A stretch of DNA of 64,000 nt, from IMG/VR virus record IMGVR_UViG_3300026197_000002, positions 1 to 64,000 of that record. One strand, 5' to 3'. The position numbers and the translations under genes were made by a program. This document shows positions 50,201 to 58,700 of this stretch, piece by piece. Under the pieces are notes generated by a model that was given only the letters and a program-made list of their open reading frames with translations, ran no database searches and was not told the origin of the DNA. The DNA is from a virus. The stretch's first letter is position 1. The number at the start of each line of letters is the position of its first letter.

Positions 50201-51456
50201 TCAAAAGTTCTATCAGCATAATGTTCCATCTCTGTCAATAAAGCATCTATTGCAAATATACTAGATACTCCTTTTTTACCATCAATACCTGCTTGAACAC
50301 CTGTTTTTTCAGCAAACTGATTATTTAATTCCTCTAAACCTTCTTGACCCATTTCAGATAAAACTGCTTTTTTAAAGTTTTCAGGTTTGATAGTTTCTTC
50401 TACTTTATCAAGAGATTTTGTCAAAGTAGCTGTAGGAGCAGCTTTAAAAGCCGCTTTATCTGCAACAGCGTTTTTAGCAGCCCTTCTAGCTTTAGCTATA
50501 TGTTTAGGAGATTTGAATAACATGCCAACAGATGTTAGGTTTAAAGGCATATTCATCATCATATTAATATTAGTAGCTGTACTATAACCATTAATACGTT
50601 GCTCTTTAATAAATTCTTCTTCTGTTAAACCTCTCTTTTTACTTAATTTCTGTAACTTATCTCTATTTTTAGAATCTTTCCAATACTTCTCTACTTGGTC
50701 TGCTGCTGCTACACCACCCATTACACCTTCTGTATAAGACAATGCTGCAGATGTTGCTACATGTGGTGCTAATTGATTAGGAGCTTTCATAATAGCATAA
50801 TTAATACCTTTGCCAACTTTATTAGCTTGCATTAAATTAGCTATTTTTTTAGAATTAGCGTATGCTTGACCCATAGCTCTAAACCCTGAACCTAATAATT
50901 TACCAACTCCTGCACCTGTTACAGCAAATTCTCCGATACTCTCAAGTAATCCTGAAAATTGTTGCATATACCAAGCACTATCTCCTAAATCCCATGTAGC
51001 ATTAGGATTAGCTCTATGTAATTTACCAAAAGGATTATGCACAGCTTCAAAAGTTTCTTGAATATCTTTCTGCATCTCCATTGTAGTACCAGGGTCTACA
51101 ACACCTAATAACTCACCAACACCACCACCTATACCTGCTCCTATATGACCCACATTTTGCACTATACCCATAGGTATATCTGCTATTAAATTAGCACCAA
51201 CAGTTAATAACTCACTAAAAAATCCTTGATTTCTAGCTCTTGCAGCATCTATATCAGCTCTATCATTAAATACACTACGTGTAGGGTCATCATAAGCGTG
51301 TTTCCATAATCCTGTATCTTCATAATATGTAGATTTACCATGATTATATTCTGTATTTATTGTATAATCTGCTGCACCACCACCCAATGTAGTATTTATA
51401 GCTCTATCTAAAGCATCTGATGATGGATTATATTCCTTTTTTATAGGGTCAGGCAT
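35278..51456 (-). CDS. giant virion RNA polymerase (crAss type, multidomain)
   Basis: 5392 aa; EEADGQ (~41300), GFRIPTQG (~40020-40040), catalytic GSDYDVDK (DxDxD at 39904-39918); zincin-like YHEAFE at 44326-44340. Confidence 0.92.
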   Translation of the reverse strand: MPDPIKKEYNPSSDALDRAINTTLGGGAADYTINTEYNHGKSTYYEDTGLWKHAYDDPTRSVFNDRADIDAARARNQGFFSELLTVGANLIADIPMGIVQNVGHIGAGIGGGVGELLGVVDPGTTMEMQKDIQETFEAVHNPFGKLHRANPNATWDLGDSAWYMQQFSGLLESIGEFAVTGAGVGKLLGSGFRAMGQAYANSKKIANLMQANKVGKGINYAIMKAPNQLAPHVATSAALSYTEGVMGGVAAADQVEKYWKDSKNRDKLQKLSKKRGLTEEEFIKEQRINGYSTATNINMMMNMPLNLTSVGMLFKSPKHIAKARRAAKNAVADKAAFKAAPTATLTKSLDKVEETIKPENFKKAVLSEMGQEGLEELNNQFAEKTGVQAGIDGKKGVSSIFAIDALLTEMEHYADRTFDEEGALAFTLGALGGGGQKVIMNAISKPDTSTEDLKEQYGTLRNSMISDMQAYENITNKISNLYDKVNDSGNLEDMEKSRKGLKNLQDDLFELTMKRAFSTGVGEHLLASFEEAQKADNSVTEKAKYLEQLSKDYDTLKFGVNMSEKDFQIILDQKDEARISKVLERVPEKDREALDKYVSDYNNLENVPDYTEAQLKGLTDYTDAELEKFGGENYKDIAKKKAKHVKEGIKVLSDLQAMQQSDDIANALYTGHLSAFITRANIMQEDVVKSQKFLEDYTQKEEFNNTVNDILNDPKEVSNVFGEDAAKELEKINKKREGITDKIETLKGKAQSKNAELANATKDEEINKIDKELDSIKDELQSLIDEIKPEEATEYLQGLVDKDVTKRAVDIALNKDDSKEVRYHKGILESYSNTLDKIKDFQKNKESIIEGFRKEGKKTAKKIDKANKKRDKEIKELAVNEATTNIKNSKTAEELKEEAKKAETNLTEANTNSLAVQSAKSTTKAKIDNAQNNPPTEPENVGIQKEFDITDATEDSILDKDGNFGKEQYDQLSKKQVFAIQQLSKFLSKLTDAETKGKKNAFMGLLKEKIVSVKELKDVLRESFLKKLIEANGKVEGIENEDFKTYVEKATNGINFKDIDVSTFESLSKLADNIFDKILKSSNLTQVFAGKEELNKPNKKGETTTTKDDIVPNIVNKFIIDVNNLAINNEWEHTPVAVKSREVPTENNDGTETVLTNEDGTIEGDDVVNNNQSIDSQRTRIEDNRKKAKANIKGISWYRRGKLGTSWGISIPIDEHRFKNTDTKEALIKQIDAKYDAELEALESTSTQPNVKDTTTTQEGELTQEQQDEIKKLEAEKESELENSSKVKAKGLIRMAHLKAIDESVFEGRAKEDLEKQLRNEIREILTLIKREKNKGTSDEKLKKIIAHLYLNRKDGSKVIAFSEGLNFVQELIDSNLNDLLFEDEINAKYNAKIAEVKNRKTLKESNQDSNLKEQQQNEIEKLESEREAELDAYDAKPDMVYQNVNNININSSNIENLKIIGKVGDKIVLEARFDKDGNILVTKKNQNADRIEDVIKSILNGNSKTTQSLEVVKAIKKQLALDLKFELGVEADFQIAYDRINAKYDAKIAEVKNQTPPKVKPPTQEKGDKEYEDLKTAAIKNLKSTTNAAGTQEVYYIEGLKSLKIDGIPLTWFSKNEAKEDINDGKYNKDLIKYYKPENNKFTQEKPSTKQDNLDDTNEQQEKTQEELDNEKKRKANNDKKTAESYTNEKDSLDKRSDNVKEVSKLENTADSISFMSWTRNTYKEAVRSHDNSILTSDTSRQSKSVNPVRLKQIDKHISDHISKGGGKLKVKIRSVESLRKEGLLDDYLQRSKGKNNKSVYAENIIKKAIDNKNVTHIAVFLDKDGNPVINTTRNKKDVNGNRYIPLFEAITDKNVNDGDVYTITAMSSGEYIKMDSPVSVRKALDDKNIPKSRKLVPVIIAPKLDKNKDSIPIDEYSFEFEVDKKTGRNVLLQADGRLIPVTEKRWGDDEQDLKTIIELVKHVLNPKKEVSNTTITLPTVDGNDKTIKFFSDKNNIGLINSLLNYGTGAIVTKDGISYEVGNKNPKSQISFNFTDPKNPTITIPNYDNTTDSGELGDFIEDGSPIVIRLSDLKNNKGKLYNRLKNFLANKYKNVSVDMVNKDMLNKPFLYPVLKNGTLKLEQSPTYKDYLFDKVLNTRVYNGIPLRKYNIEKVAENKSAVYNEYESTEIPNVKQEIIEESRKEPSSEPQKQQVKKDVVEDSKKKPSTTVDTSVKQEVVEDSKNVATTKDELNKEKDNALNNIKEETISGEKVYKVPGFKMGFKTEQDAKDAIDKDYNEKLAELEKSSDTTKPDINNIDLGNVTFRLPIFKKTNVKISPKQIEKETSWFKEKFPNVPYSRVDTLIRNKGLGLFTSTGEVVVSNMEEGGTTYHEAFEVVWRNALTNKEKQTLVDEITDTERQSRLYKDILQSYGETLADKEYLAEKFREYMLSDGSIQPTAKTRKNIFQQLWNMIKSIFVKKTVTREDIYKNIDAGKYKDTTPHSQNPTSQEDYRAIELDDIKLTIAETEALMNGMSAVLMKKIFSEGTAEDLFSGNRDFNLSELYGYNAIDIKDGRLNLAKEDLRNITISQIVQKFQATNDAETKERLKNIANILMQEDSWREIVKEHTNRVKQYGIEFKVDDNIDEKNEEVTDNKEKNPDDYDEINDPLGKAHIYFSSKDGLPRPIKMLVYGIPKMVKQDGKIVVDRNNVLGTPELVNPSAFFNKIINSLADTPSNNFSNFIEKIDELIDKNDSDRYSLELLKERLGSKLGVKTVVKGVDENGNRVTEDVVDAEHARLQIQFMQSFGKNKLEFRILNRTEDGSFQMIDAVGQRVAKRLVDSWKANIEQHFSKNGTLDFTKLSNIGININSAYYENLEQEEEVSSVTKSLVNILPDIKSKEDLEKELKGTVVTKLLLRLADIQQEYEDEIELQAFNSEGETEYAVGLNSYLSLVFNKIKHTSNKADKNKILDKLKEDVPQLFNMQTNNNKILKLIGEGVKVDVALLNGYQDSNNVGKKTRKLSDIDKYAVNLNATLHGYIPYLRAADRGVEYSVYVGKDNLLPISYENVVSLIAKREKNKTENDKNLEHSIFNIYKDHLINEIHSARQLHFNKIGDDVKHYNKKGKELRFFKDIKIGQLFSDETHESLVEDIKNMTIQEYLSSDAGGNILPRINENGKVTNNVFKLNDTGKINTEADMAFIREFITGEEQDTNTANILRKALTNYMLKEVKQEVARIRELDIVDTVVSKQFIDEYIKARKDIGITLTAGEAKAALIAKYVINREAYSLEMSKLIHGDLAYYKSTDDFTKRGSATNGTKKTSATGEEVNTFLDRHFPRMFDGEANTDIEKTLIVDDIEVDTKQATREFLESMFRDEFEKDGYKGDIDKKVSAYMSAYLGMEEADGQAFGTLDMVRSTMWRAGDWLDTHQKLYEDEYDLYTKMLNERELRESSPNSKEHKQAIKEIVEWKPSVDFNVQVLKTQYFGNDNTYNTDANENQRLYKPTMYKHSVAPLLPSAMYSVDMDSEGNPSIRYKKSFTMMKQMADSGVGMLQFESANKVGRKLDNKKEGAKLYDDLGNVVLKDYTSATQGVNYNYFGIQVDINPKVKKEVTAGTQFRKMALSNLIRDGVPINDKAIELIKEYNTIQDYLYEEAYNRTLEKLGIEDIKDEDGTVLGYKVDNKDKLVKVLEDEAHSRGSHDNIIDSIRQLRRGGITIDMLLNSKKVENILFAIMNKVIQEKRPGMSAIQVASTTFEDENAARVKGQFLESNDLSVYTLEDGKTKAMEIRLSLPPSYKNYVNSLKGGLQEFNRMIRNGEVDERLLTIVGFRIPTQGINSAANMRIVEFLPSSTGNVIQLPSEIVGIAGSDYDVDKLTTYLPNVLTIDATQKKLKDKLSDAVESVKSMPDINKQSYDAMKVAYDEMRIFEQELTEHKTELKNYIADNINDVEMLEGIESDISMAEGLYNDAKNNFYEILNANETKEMQLAVQKIKDATNDLKEYHDNKEDFDTELALTYYEPIETYAPVTDDVDTSNDSLDDKTLRETLQDKLTKLYPKISLDITNDPKLEQEDNNQINYRLKAADSLASPKAIQIFSKGEKNNWDLNKILTELQIPKEQKKIILDEYKDKVFEQESEQKFKNSLWRGQANKPKIDNDGNLILNPSYEQLSKDYGKSFTTQRFMAESYGSRYSTNPYFIEINEDYINNNNFNINEEDVEGEKRIVGKQQIKIPKGQYNVITPSYSEYENKDVDDLIKTYIYNDGLENSMDEMVFGGEVSALEGINYSPTEVILDVILKKLNTDGKGLLHYIAKKNIESTQEILDKYEGYDGDIDDAYYFTDNPASSLVYDAMSNYDENYIPNVVTNTLSKNSNIREEIITSLLADNSFTDEVNAAKASTVLIDAINQKNNTLLNEYAHHYIAWYRETPIVQEAIKKWGSEESLVQAIGEQAVKQKGEAWSWWTKFVNWLLGDLKKLSKLEKEQLTKVLTDAFLTRQDLNDLQIKKESPSSDQSNQEYNNNSSKNQQKPLTKKNLFTVKPKQYADNKAAIKASVATQFIGFGEGIPNSSTELYRQQAGKYANTGNYSSNDVIFVSIGGKRGNNQIRKEQQYKTITEALKALEAGATLITDNEDYIHYNPRTKQQRPIDLSSDEFEKEYGLYNSGEKRLYENLKFEGYNYSEQTVDGQVLGVWTKNESKPLSPAQLNQEKYNKAIRDSLSEISKRNPINPKMNRKSAQNRMLELQKEIMELPENVRQLMSPISDDNMKDIVKEIRSLELGKPKSEIDGAYDKISMNQLFSVSTQDGLFSNFLAGKELIGIGALHGTSHALFSNYDIKFDIESLRNKKTKKLFTIPFNYNKDEEGNPIFSGAIDVDGNLISETLSALLNSAVDVAKDPYIFYLNVSPTTAGVFYSMIRMGISPLVAAKFMRNPVIRDYAKAKRDAESELTSLVPSAVRNKVLSKYNANLKTPIKDYNDMDSVLDSMLKGSEIDSSDARTMIYIYDNMNRISSNLSKVMSGINADTKGFRKDMYTLHKATEDMLDPAFENFSGLKDVQNYSTVSKANSIVYEGKKALAGYYKMFNKSAYRNTIKFIEDNAKFQKGYNAEKLVKTINDDFKQYLLEYNKRDFMTRGKVLLDSANEDSLGKRIIALRQNDTYKNNDFFNSLDVQLNYNKEGKDLIKFTNRKLDSIEANKLIDSMRELSEINPELYKDLIAVNLSQNGVGNTFRSFIELIPAEDFIGLMSDSINDIESIIGNFPEQFLRQKKNREFVELYDFNNLPKELPIVYYTVANFTGMPEYSLQAMDSLKLKYTTVQPLGTSQVKNYSTSVPENYTPPQSSEVQADEKSYNKVVQEVANSFEGLNPKELPSYDTYIESNNLSPVTYLKNYINSRSTLDLSEKGWNNLNNKADEILKNCF
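46795..47667 (-). repeat. direct repeats flanking variable cassettes inside the RNAP gene
   Basis: 39-nt repeat 46795-46833 versus 47260-47298 (37/39 identical); ~56-nt imperfect repeat 47162-47217 versus 47612-47667. Confidence 0.85.
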
Positions 51457-51472
51457 ATTTTATTATGTTTTA

Positions 51473-53917
51473 TTATTTTAATATATTTTCAGAAACTACT
51501 TCTTTAGTAGTATTTAAGTTCAGTTCCATTTGAGTATCACCATGAACATACTTGTTAAGTAATATCGTTCCAACAGTAGCTTCAGGTACAAAACCTGTAT
51601 CTTGATTAAATGCAGCCCGTCTATTTTCATGGTCAGATATAGTATATAATAGTTGTGCATCACCATCTACATATTGTACTTTTCCATGTAGATATTTACC
51701 CGTACTACCAATAGGTTGTCCTTTTGTTTCTCTAATATCATCATCTACATTATATAATACATCTTGTTGAACCTTAGCTATTGGAGAGAATGTTTGATTA
51801 ATACCATCTTCTGCATATAATGCTACTTCATTACCTCCAAGACTGACTGTTATAGTTCCTACATTTTGAGAGAACTTACCATTTGATTCTAAATAGTTTT
51901 GAACACCTAATCCAAAACCACCTTTTGTAGATATATCTTTTTGCCATGCTGCAATAGGGTCATCTGCTTTACCATAAGTAGTAGGATAATCTTCTTTTAA
52001 TTTATTTTCAAATTGTTGAATAGTTAATCTATTTCCATTATAAAATACTTCTCCCATAGCTGCTATTTTAGCAAAGTTACCAAAGTTCTTTCTAAGTTTT
52101 TCATCAAATGCAGAACCTCCACTTAATTGCCAAGTAGCTCTCTCATTATTCTTTTTATCTATTTCTTGAACATAGGCTAATTTTTCAGCAGGTGTAGCAT
52201 CATATTTAAAATCAAGTCCACCCCATTTTTCATACATAGTATTTATTTGCTCATTAGGGTCTTTTTTTGTTGTAGTAGCAACACCAAATATATTAGTCAT
52301 AAGTTCAGAAGATTGTTTATGTGCATTATATGAAGATACCATTTCATTAACATCAGTTTTATCAAAACTTTCATCTTGTAATAATATTTTTTTTGCATTT
52401 TCTATATCTCCAGAATCCATAAATTCAAAAAACTTATTAACATTAGGATTTTTTAATAAAGCATTTGTTTCATAAAGATTTTTAGTATGATATTCAGGAG
52501 TATTTAATAATGGATGTTGTTTTCCTCTAGCTATTTTTAATACATTTCTTTTAAAATTATTACTGTCACTACCTTGTTGAATAATTCTACCATCTTTACC
52601 AATTTTAAGATTTTGTAATCTATTACCAGCACCTGTTTTTCTACCAACTGTTGCAGTAGATGTAGGATTTCTAGGTCTATTTTTCTCTCTTTCCCTAGCA
52701 AGTTTAGCTCTATAAATCCAAATAGAGTCAGCAGTACGATTTGCATCTCTATCTTGCCAAGTCTTTTTAAATGATGTTTTTTCAGCACCCAAATTAGCAC
52801 TATCATATATTTGTTGTTCAACCACATCCCTAGATATTTCTCTACGTAATTCTTTATCTGACATGTCTAATCTAGCTTTAGCTTTTGCCTTTCTTAAAGA
52901 TGCTTGTTCGTCTGTTTCATCTTTATCTATTTTATCAGTATTTGCTAAATTATTTAAGTTTTCTCTATAACTTTTTATGTCTGCATTCCTAGATACTATA
53001 AAACCTTCTTGATTTAAAAAGGCTTTGACCATAGGGTCATTTTCTAACATAGGTTTAATCCTATTATATACTTCTGCAAAAGGTATATATTCTGTTCTAT
53101 CAGAACCTTTATATGTAACAATATATCCATTTCCTGTTGAAGAAGCTGATGCAGAAGCTATTTCTTTTTGGTCAGATGCCCAATTCTTAACAGCATCATT
53201 AACTTTTTCTGTCATATCTACATAAGCAGCAGGAGTATTATGGTCATACATACCATAAGCACCTAAATCATTACCATCAGCACCTACACCTTCCTGTTTA
53301 GCATATTGTTGGTCATAAATCCTTTTTAAATTTTCAGCAGTATAAGAATCTAACCCACCATCTTTACCACCTTTTTTTACCATCTCATCTATCATACCAT
53401 GATATTCTGCCCTAGTACGTCTATTATTATACATTGACAATATCTTCTCATCAGATTTAAAATTCTTATGTAACTTATCAATAGCTATATATTTCTGCCT
53501 ATTAGTAAGTTCTTCATTTTCAGCAATTTTATCTATTTCTCCATTATAAAAATCTAAACGTTCTTTTTTATGTATTACATCAGGATTTAATACTTTACCA
53601 ATATTTACAGCATCTCCTATGGCTTGTTGTGCTGCATCATATTGTTGTTCTAAATTCATAATAGCTTTTTCTACATTAACAGTATCTCCCATATATTGAG
53701 ATAATGTAGGAGCATACGATAGACTACTAGAAAACCTAGAACCCATAGGAGAACTCTGTACTCCTGGGGAATCTTGGAAATACTGTTTAGGTGGAGTAAC
53801 AGATTGGAATATACCTGTCTGTGCAACTTTTACATCATTTTCAGCTTGTAAAGCTTTTTGTTCTGCCAACTGCAACTGTTGGTCAGACATACTTATATTT
53901 TTATCTTTCTTTGCCAT
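51473..53917 (-). CDS. putative virion cargo (ejected) protein
   Basis: 814 aa; position between the GG-motif cargo gene and RNAP, as in crAss-like phages. Confidence 0.65.
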   Translation of the reverse strand: MAKKDKNISMSDQQLQLAEQKALQAENDVKVAQTGIFQSVTPPKQYFQDSPGVQSSPMGSRFSSSLSYAPTLSQYMGDTVNVEKAIMNLEQQYDAAQQAIGDAVNIGKVLNPDVIHKKERLDFYNGEIDKIAENEELTNRQKYIAIDKLHKNFKSDEKILSMYNNRRTRAEYHGMIDEMVKKGGKDGGLDSYTAENLKRIYDQQYAKQEGVGADGNDLGAYGMYDHNTPAAYVDMTEKVNDAVKNWASDQKEIASASASSTGNGYIVTYKGSDRTEYIPFAEVYNRIKPMLENDPMVKAFLNQEGFIVSRNADIKSYRENLNNLANTDKIDKDETDEQASLRKAKAKARLDMSDKELRREISRDVVEQQIYDSANLGAEKTSFKKTWQDRDANRTADSIWIYRAKLAREREKNRPRNPTSTATVGRKTGAGNRLQNLKIGKDGRIIQQGSDSNNFKRNVLKIARGKQHPLLNTPEYHTKNLYETNALLKNPNVNKFFEFMDSGDIENAKKILLQDESFDKTDVNEMVSSYNAHKQSSELMTNIFGVATTTKKDPNEQINTMYEKWGGLDFKYDATPAEKLAYVQEIDKKNNERATWQLSGGSAFDEKLRKNFGNFAKIAAMGEVFYNGNRLTIQQFENKLKEDYPTTYGKADDPIAAWQKDISTKGGFGLGVQNYLESNGKFSQNVGTITVSLGGNEVALYAEDGINQTFSPIAKVQQDVLYNVDDDIRETKGQPIGSTGKYLHGKVQYVDGDAQLLYTISDHENRRAAFNQDTGFVPEATVGTILLNKYVHGDTQMELNLNTTKEVVSENILK

Positions 53918-53927
53918 AATCTAAATT

Positions 53928-55751
53928 TTAAATACTGTTAGTAACAAATGGATAATTATACTTTAATTTATTACCAATAGGAGATTTCATATTAGGTAAT
54001 ACTCCTCCCATTTTATAGTTTCTTAACAACTTATTTAATTTCTTTCTTTTATTCTTAGTAATAGTACCACCATATTTATTAGTTTGCACATTAGGGTTAT
54101 CAATATCTGTAACATCTACTGTACCATCATTAAAATACTTTTTAATCATGTCTAATTGTTCCCTAGATAAATTAGCAGCATTTTCATCTCTTAAGTTAGT
54201 TTGACCTCTTAAACTTAAATGTTTAAGAAAATCTTGTCTTTGAGTCTTTTTATCTTTATCAAATAAAAATTGTTCAGAAGCATTTTGATACCTAATAGCA
54301 TTATTCTGTGTACCTATTTGTTGATTCTGCATAGCAGCATTTAATCTATTTTGTTGTGTTTGACTATCTGCTCTAAATTTCTCCTTAGTTAAATCTTGTA
54401 ATTTACTAGAAGTAAGTGTTGCTAAATCAGAAGCATTACTACCTCTACGTCTATTTAACGCTTTCCTAGCAGTATTATAATTTTGTTCAATAGGTTGTGT
54501 AAACTCTTTTGCTTTTTCATAATTCATTAATTGAGAAGTATTAAGTTCTGGTACATCTCCTGTATTTCTATTAAAGAAATACCCCAATGTATCAGCATTT
54601 AATGTTAAATCTCTTAATACATTATTATCTTCACCAATTGTTTCCTTAGCACCTTTTTTAATTCTACCTAATATATTTCTTAAACCGTTACGCTTTTTTA
54701 AAGCAGGAGTATCCACCATTTCTAAATCTTCAGGTAATCCTGGTTTTGTTGCAGGTTTTCTAGTTAAATCAGCAATATCTATATTATCTAAATTTCTTTT
54801 TTTATCATAATTATAAAACTTGGGAAATATTTTTTCTACATCTTCACGGTTTAAATTTTTAATTGTTTCCATAATTTTAGGAGGTAATGGTTTACCACCT
54901 AATCTCATTTTCTGTAATTTACCACCATATCTAGCTACACCTGACTCTACAACATCTGTTGCAGCTTCTTGTGCAGGACTGCCTTCCATAGGATTACCTT
55001 CCCTCATAGATGGGTCAGTAACATTACCTTCAGGCAATGGTGCAGGAGGTTGTGGTTTAATCATCTCTTGATATTGACTAATAGCATCTTGTGCTTTATT
55101 AAATACTTTATCAAGATTATGACCATATTTACTAATCATATTAGAAGGCTTCTTTTCATACCTAGCTCTCATCTTTTCTATCCTTTCAGTAGCACTAGCT
55201 ATTGTATTACCTGATGGCATAATTAATGCAGCAGATGATATTTCAGTATCACCCGTTGAAGGATTTTCTCTAACAAATTCATTACCTTCTATTTCTACAT
55301 CCTCTTGACCATCCATATCAGTATCTGCTTTAATACCACCCATCTCATGACTTCTACCAACAGCCATACCTCCTTGTGAGCTAGTAGGGTCTACCATACC
55401 ACCTTCTGTAATATTAGCATTCATAGCATTACCACCCATCATAAACTTTTTAAGTTTACCACCATATTTCATACCTAATGGATTACTATTAAGATTCTGA
55501 TTCATATATGCTTGATTATTCATACCTACTAAATTAGCTTCATTAGCTAACTTAGCTTGTTTTTTCATCTCTTCTTTTTCTTTCATAGCCTGTATAAAAC
55601 TAATAGCAGCTCCTGTACCACCCATGACTAATGATGAAGGGTCAAAAGAACCTTCTTCTCCACCTTTACTTAATAAACCACTTAATGCACCAGCACCTGC
55701 TGTAATTGCTCCACCTGCTAAATATTTCTTTAATCTATTTTTCATAATCAA
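53928..55751 (-). CDS. putative virion cargo protein with repeated xxxGG motifs
   Basis: MKYGGKL, ARYGGKL, NKYGGTI, YKMGGVL; GRSHEMGGI...EIEGNE; Gly/Ala-rich hydrophobic N-terminus. Confidence 0.7.
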   Translation of the reverse strand: MIMKNRLKKYLAGGAITAGAGALSGLLSKGGEEGSFDPSSLVMGGTGAAISFIQAMKEKEEMKKQAKLANEANLVGMNNQAYMNQNLNSNPLGMKYGGKLKKFMMGGNAMNANITEGGMVDPTSSQGGMAVGRSHEMGGIKADTDMDGQEDVEIEGNEFVRENPSTGDTEISSAALIMPSGNTIASATERIEKMRARYEKKPSNMISKYGHNLDKVFNKAQDAISQYQEMIKPQPPAPLPEGNVTDPSMREGNPMEGSPAQEAATDVVESGVARYGGKLQKMRLGGKPLPPKIMETIKNLNREDVEKIFPKFYNYDKKRNLDNIDIADLTRKPATKPGLPEDLEMVDTPALKKRNGLRNILGRIKKGAKETIGEDNNVLRDLTLNADTLGYFFNRNTGDVPELNTSQLMNYEKAKEFTQPIEQNYNTARKALNRRRGSNASDLATLTSSKLQDLTKEKFRADSQTQQNRLNAAMQNQQIGTQNNAIRYQNASEQFLFDKDKKTQRQDFLKHLSLRGQTNLRDENAANLSREQLDMIKKYFNDGTVDVTDIDNPNVQTNKYGGTITKNKRKKLNKLLRNYKMGGVLPNMKSPIGNKLKYNYPFVTNSI

Positions 55752-55762
55752 TATATTTTAAT

Positions 55763-58700
55763 CTATCTTTGTGTAGGTTTAACATTAGGCTTAACATTAT
55801 GTACTATAATTTGCTTATCAGCATCTTTATATGTAAGTCTAACAACTATCCAATCTGTATTAAACCTTTGTCTTTTATAAAACTTTTTATCTCCTAGAAC
55901 ACCCTCGTCTAATCTAAAATCATCTATTGGAGGTCTATTAAAATCTTTATTCCACAAGGTATTCTTAGTATCTTCTCTAATAATATTACAATGCCATTCA
56001 TCCATAGTTCTACGTAATGTAAGAGTATAATCTAACTTAATAGTTAATCTAGGATTTAATTGAACTGTTGGTGTAGTAAATTTCTCACACCACACTCTCA
56101 TAGTTTTAAAAGTATCATCATATTGTGGAATACCATTCTCATCTATAACTTGTGTATTCCAAAATATCTCTCTCCATTGTAACTTTTCAGGATTATAAAA
56201 TACATAATCTATAATACTATCATAAGTTATATCTCCAAAAGTATTATATTTTCCTCTATTATGCAAATATATTTTACTATCTTCTATTGCAAATAAGTTA
56301 GACTCTATATTATAATTATCATAAAAATACTTACCATTGTAGTCATGGAAAGATACTATCATATCTCTATCAGGATAATATGAACATATAAAACCTCCAC
56401 TGTTATACTCTGTTAATACTATTGGAGATACAGAAGTAACTTCTTTAATAGCATTATCTGATTCATCTAATACTATATCCCCTACTATAAGACTATTAAT
56501 AAAACTTGTATCTGCCAATCTATATACTCCTCGTATTTTTATATCATCATCTATATATGTATGATTAACACTATCATAGGTTTTAGCTAATATAATTCTA
56601 TTATTGTACTCATCATAAGCAACACTATATCCATTAGATGTAAAAGGATTATCTAAATCAATATTATTTACAATACGCTTATTACACCTAGTAACAGATG
56701 TAACACTTGTTGTTCCAGAAGAATCTCCTGATATATAATAATATTCATTGTCATAATCTGATACCCAACCCACAGGAGGTATATAATTAACAACACATCT
56801 TATACCATCTATATAAGATATACTTCTTTTGGGTATCGTAGTAATTCCTAGTACACTGTTGTATGTAGCAGTAACATTTACAGTTGCAACAGATATATCA
56901 GTTTCATAATGTGGTAAATATTTCTTCATATAATTACGCAAACCATTACCTGATATTTCTTTTAAATTATTACTACCAGCATACATAAACCATTTACCTT
57001 GTTGTGAATCAGGAAATACATATATCCCTTTGCTCAATAAACAACCTAATTGGTCTTGTGTGCCAGCATATCCATTTTGTGTAGTAATTATTTCTGTTGG
57101 TGGTATTGCAAATATATCTCCTGCTCCTAATTCTACTTTACCAGCACTTGTAGGTAATTCAGTTCTATCTTTAGTTATAAATAATCCCCTCTCTTGGTGT
57201 ATTAATAAATTAGGGAAATATTCTTGTATGTTGATAATCTCTCCCCTATTTCTAGCAGTCTGTTCATAAGAATCAGCGGATAACCACTTTTTCCAATTAA
57301 TTAAGGGAGATTCAGGTATTTGTTCTAAACTTCTTATTACTTTATATGGTAAAGATACTTCATTGAAATCTGATATAGGATTATATATGAAACTCTGTTT
57401 TAAATCATTTAAAAGATTCCAGAATGTATTATAACCTATATTATTAGGTTCTACTGTCCAATCATAATATGTATATATTTGTGAATCATAATCACCAAAT
57501 AATGTATCTAGTGATTGTTTGGGAAAATATCTACTACCCAAATCTCCACCTAATTCATAACGCAATTGTAAATTATAATTACTTTCAGCACAATGAGATA
57601 TTACATTTCTTAACCCTCCTAATGACCCGCTATCTTGTGTAGTTTGAGAAGGATAATTCTTAGAATATGTTATATAATTATATTGTCCTTGATAACAATC
57701 TCCACCTAATATATCTGTACCTGATGAACCTGAATTATAATATCCTGTACTTACAAGTGTTTGAGAATCATAAGTAGAATAACAATCTTCCCTAGCAGAT
57801 TTTAATACGCATAAATGATTTGGAACATTAATACTAGCATTAGTAGCATCATTTGTACCTACGCTAGGATATACCATAGTATCTTGAAATTCAAAATCTT
57901 CTGTATATACACCATCATTATATACTTGTAAATATAATGTAGATTCAGAAGATTCATTTCTAAATGTTGCAAAACCTACATCTGAATTACTATTAGTAGA
58001 CATGTATTGATAATTATCAATCCTTCTATTTTTTTGTGAATCTGTTATAGCAGAACTAGAGTTTAATAATGATTGAACAGGACTATATTCAACAGTTTTT
58101 CTATCAACAGTTCCTGTAGAACCTTCTTCAACAGTTGCTGTTGTTTCATACTTACAAACACCTTCTATATAAGGTTCTATTAATCCAGGTAATCCATATC
58201 TAGTATCAAAAGAGTTAAATCTTAAATATTCATGATTATTGGCACCTGATATAGCTTCATCAACTATAAACCTATCTTCATTACCTGATAATGCAGGAGT
58301 AGGTGTACCATTATAATCAATATTCCAATTACCTCCCGTAGTCCATAATTCAGATACATCATAACCACCAGATGTACCAGGCGTTGCTACCATATTACCT
58401 AACCCCATACCATATACAGTGCTATTACTACTATCTCTCTTACTATATAATATTTCCCAATACCTAACATCAGAAGGGATGTTAGTTACATTAGTTACAT
58501 TTATTCCTAATATTGGTAATTCAATTTTGTATATATCAGAATTAGTAGGTCTAAGATTATCATATAGGTATCTCTGTGAAGGAAACCTATGATGTCTAAC
58601 ATTATTTCCTGCTAAACTAGGAAAGCCTGGGGGATATTGTTCATTACTATTTTCCCAATATCCCATATCACCACCTGTAACACCTGTAACAGTATCTTGT

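Noticed and set aside
13174-51456. Introns or inteins in polB, helicases, primase or RNAP
   Set aside because: ORFs are continuous; I saw no intein splice-junction, LAGLIDADG or HNH motifs, and the RNAP inserts lack them
33660-57269. Short + strand ORFs, and the nested ORF 52537-52827, inside the virion genes
   Set aside because: Shadow frames of long coding regions
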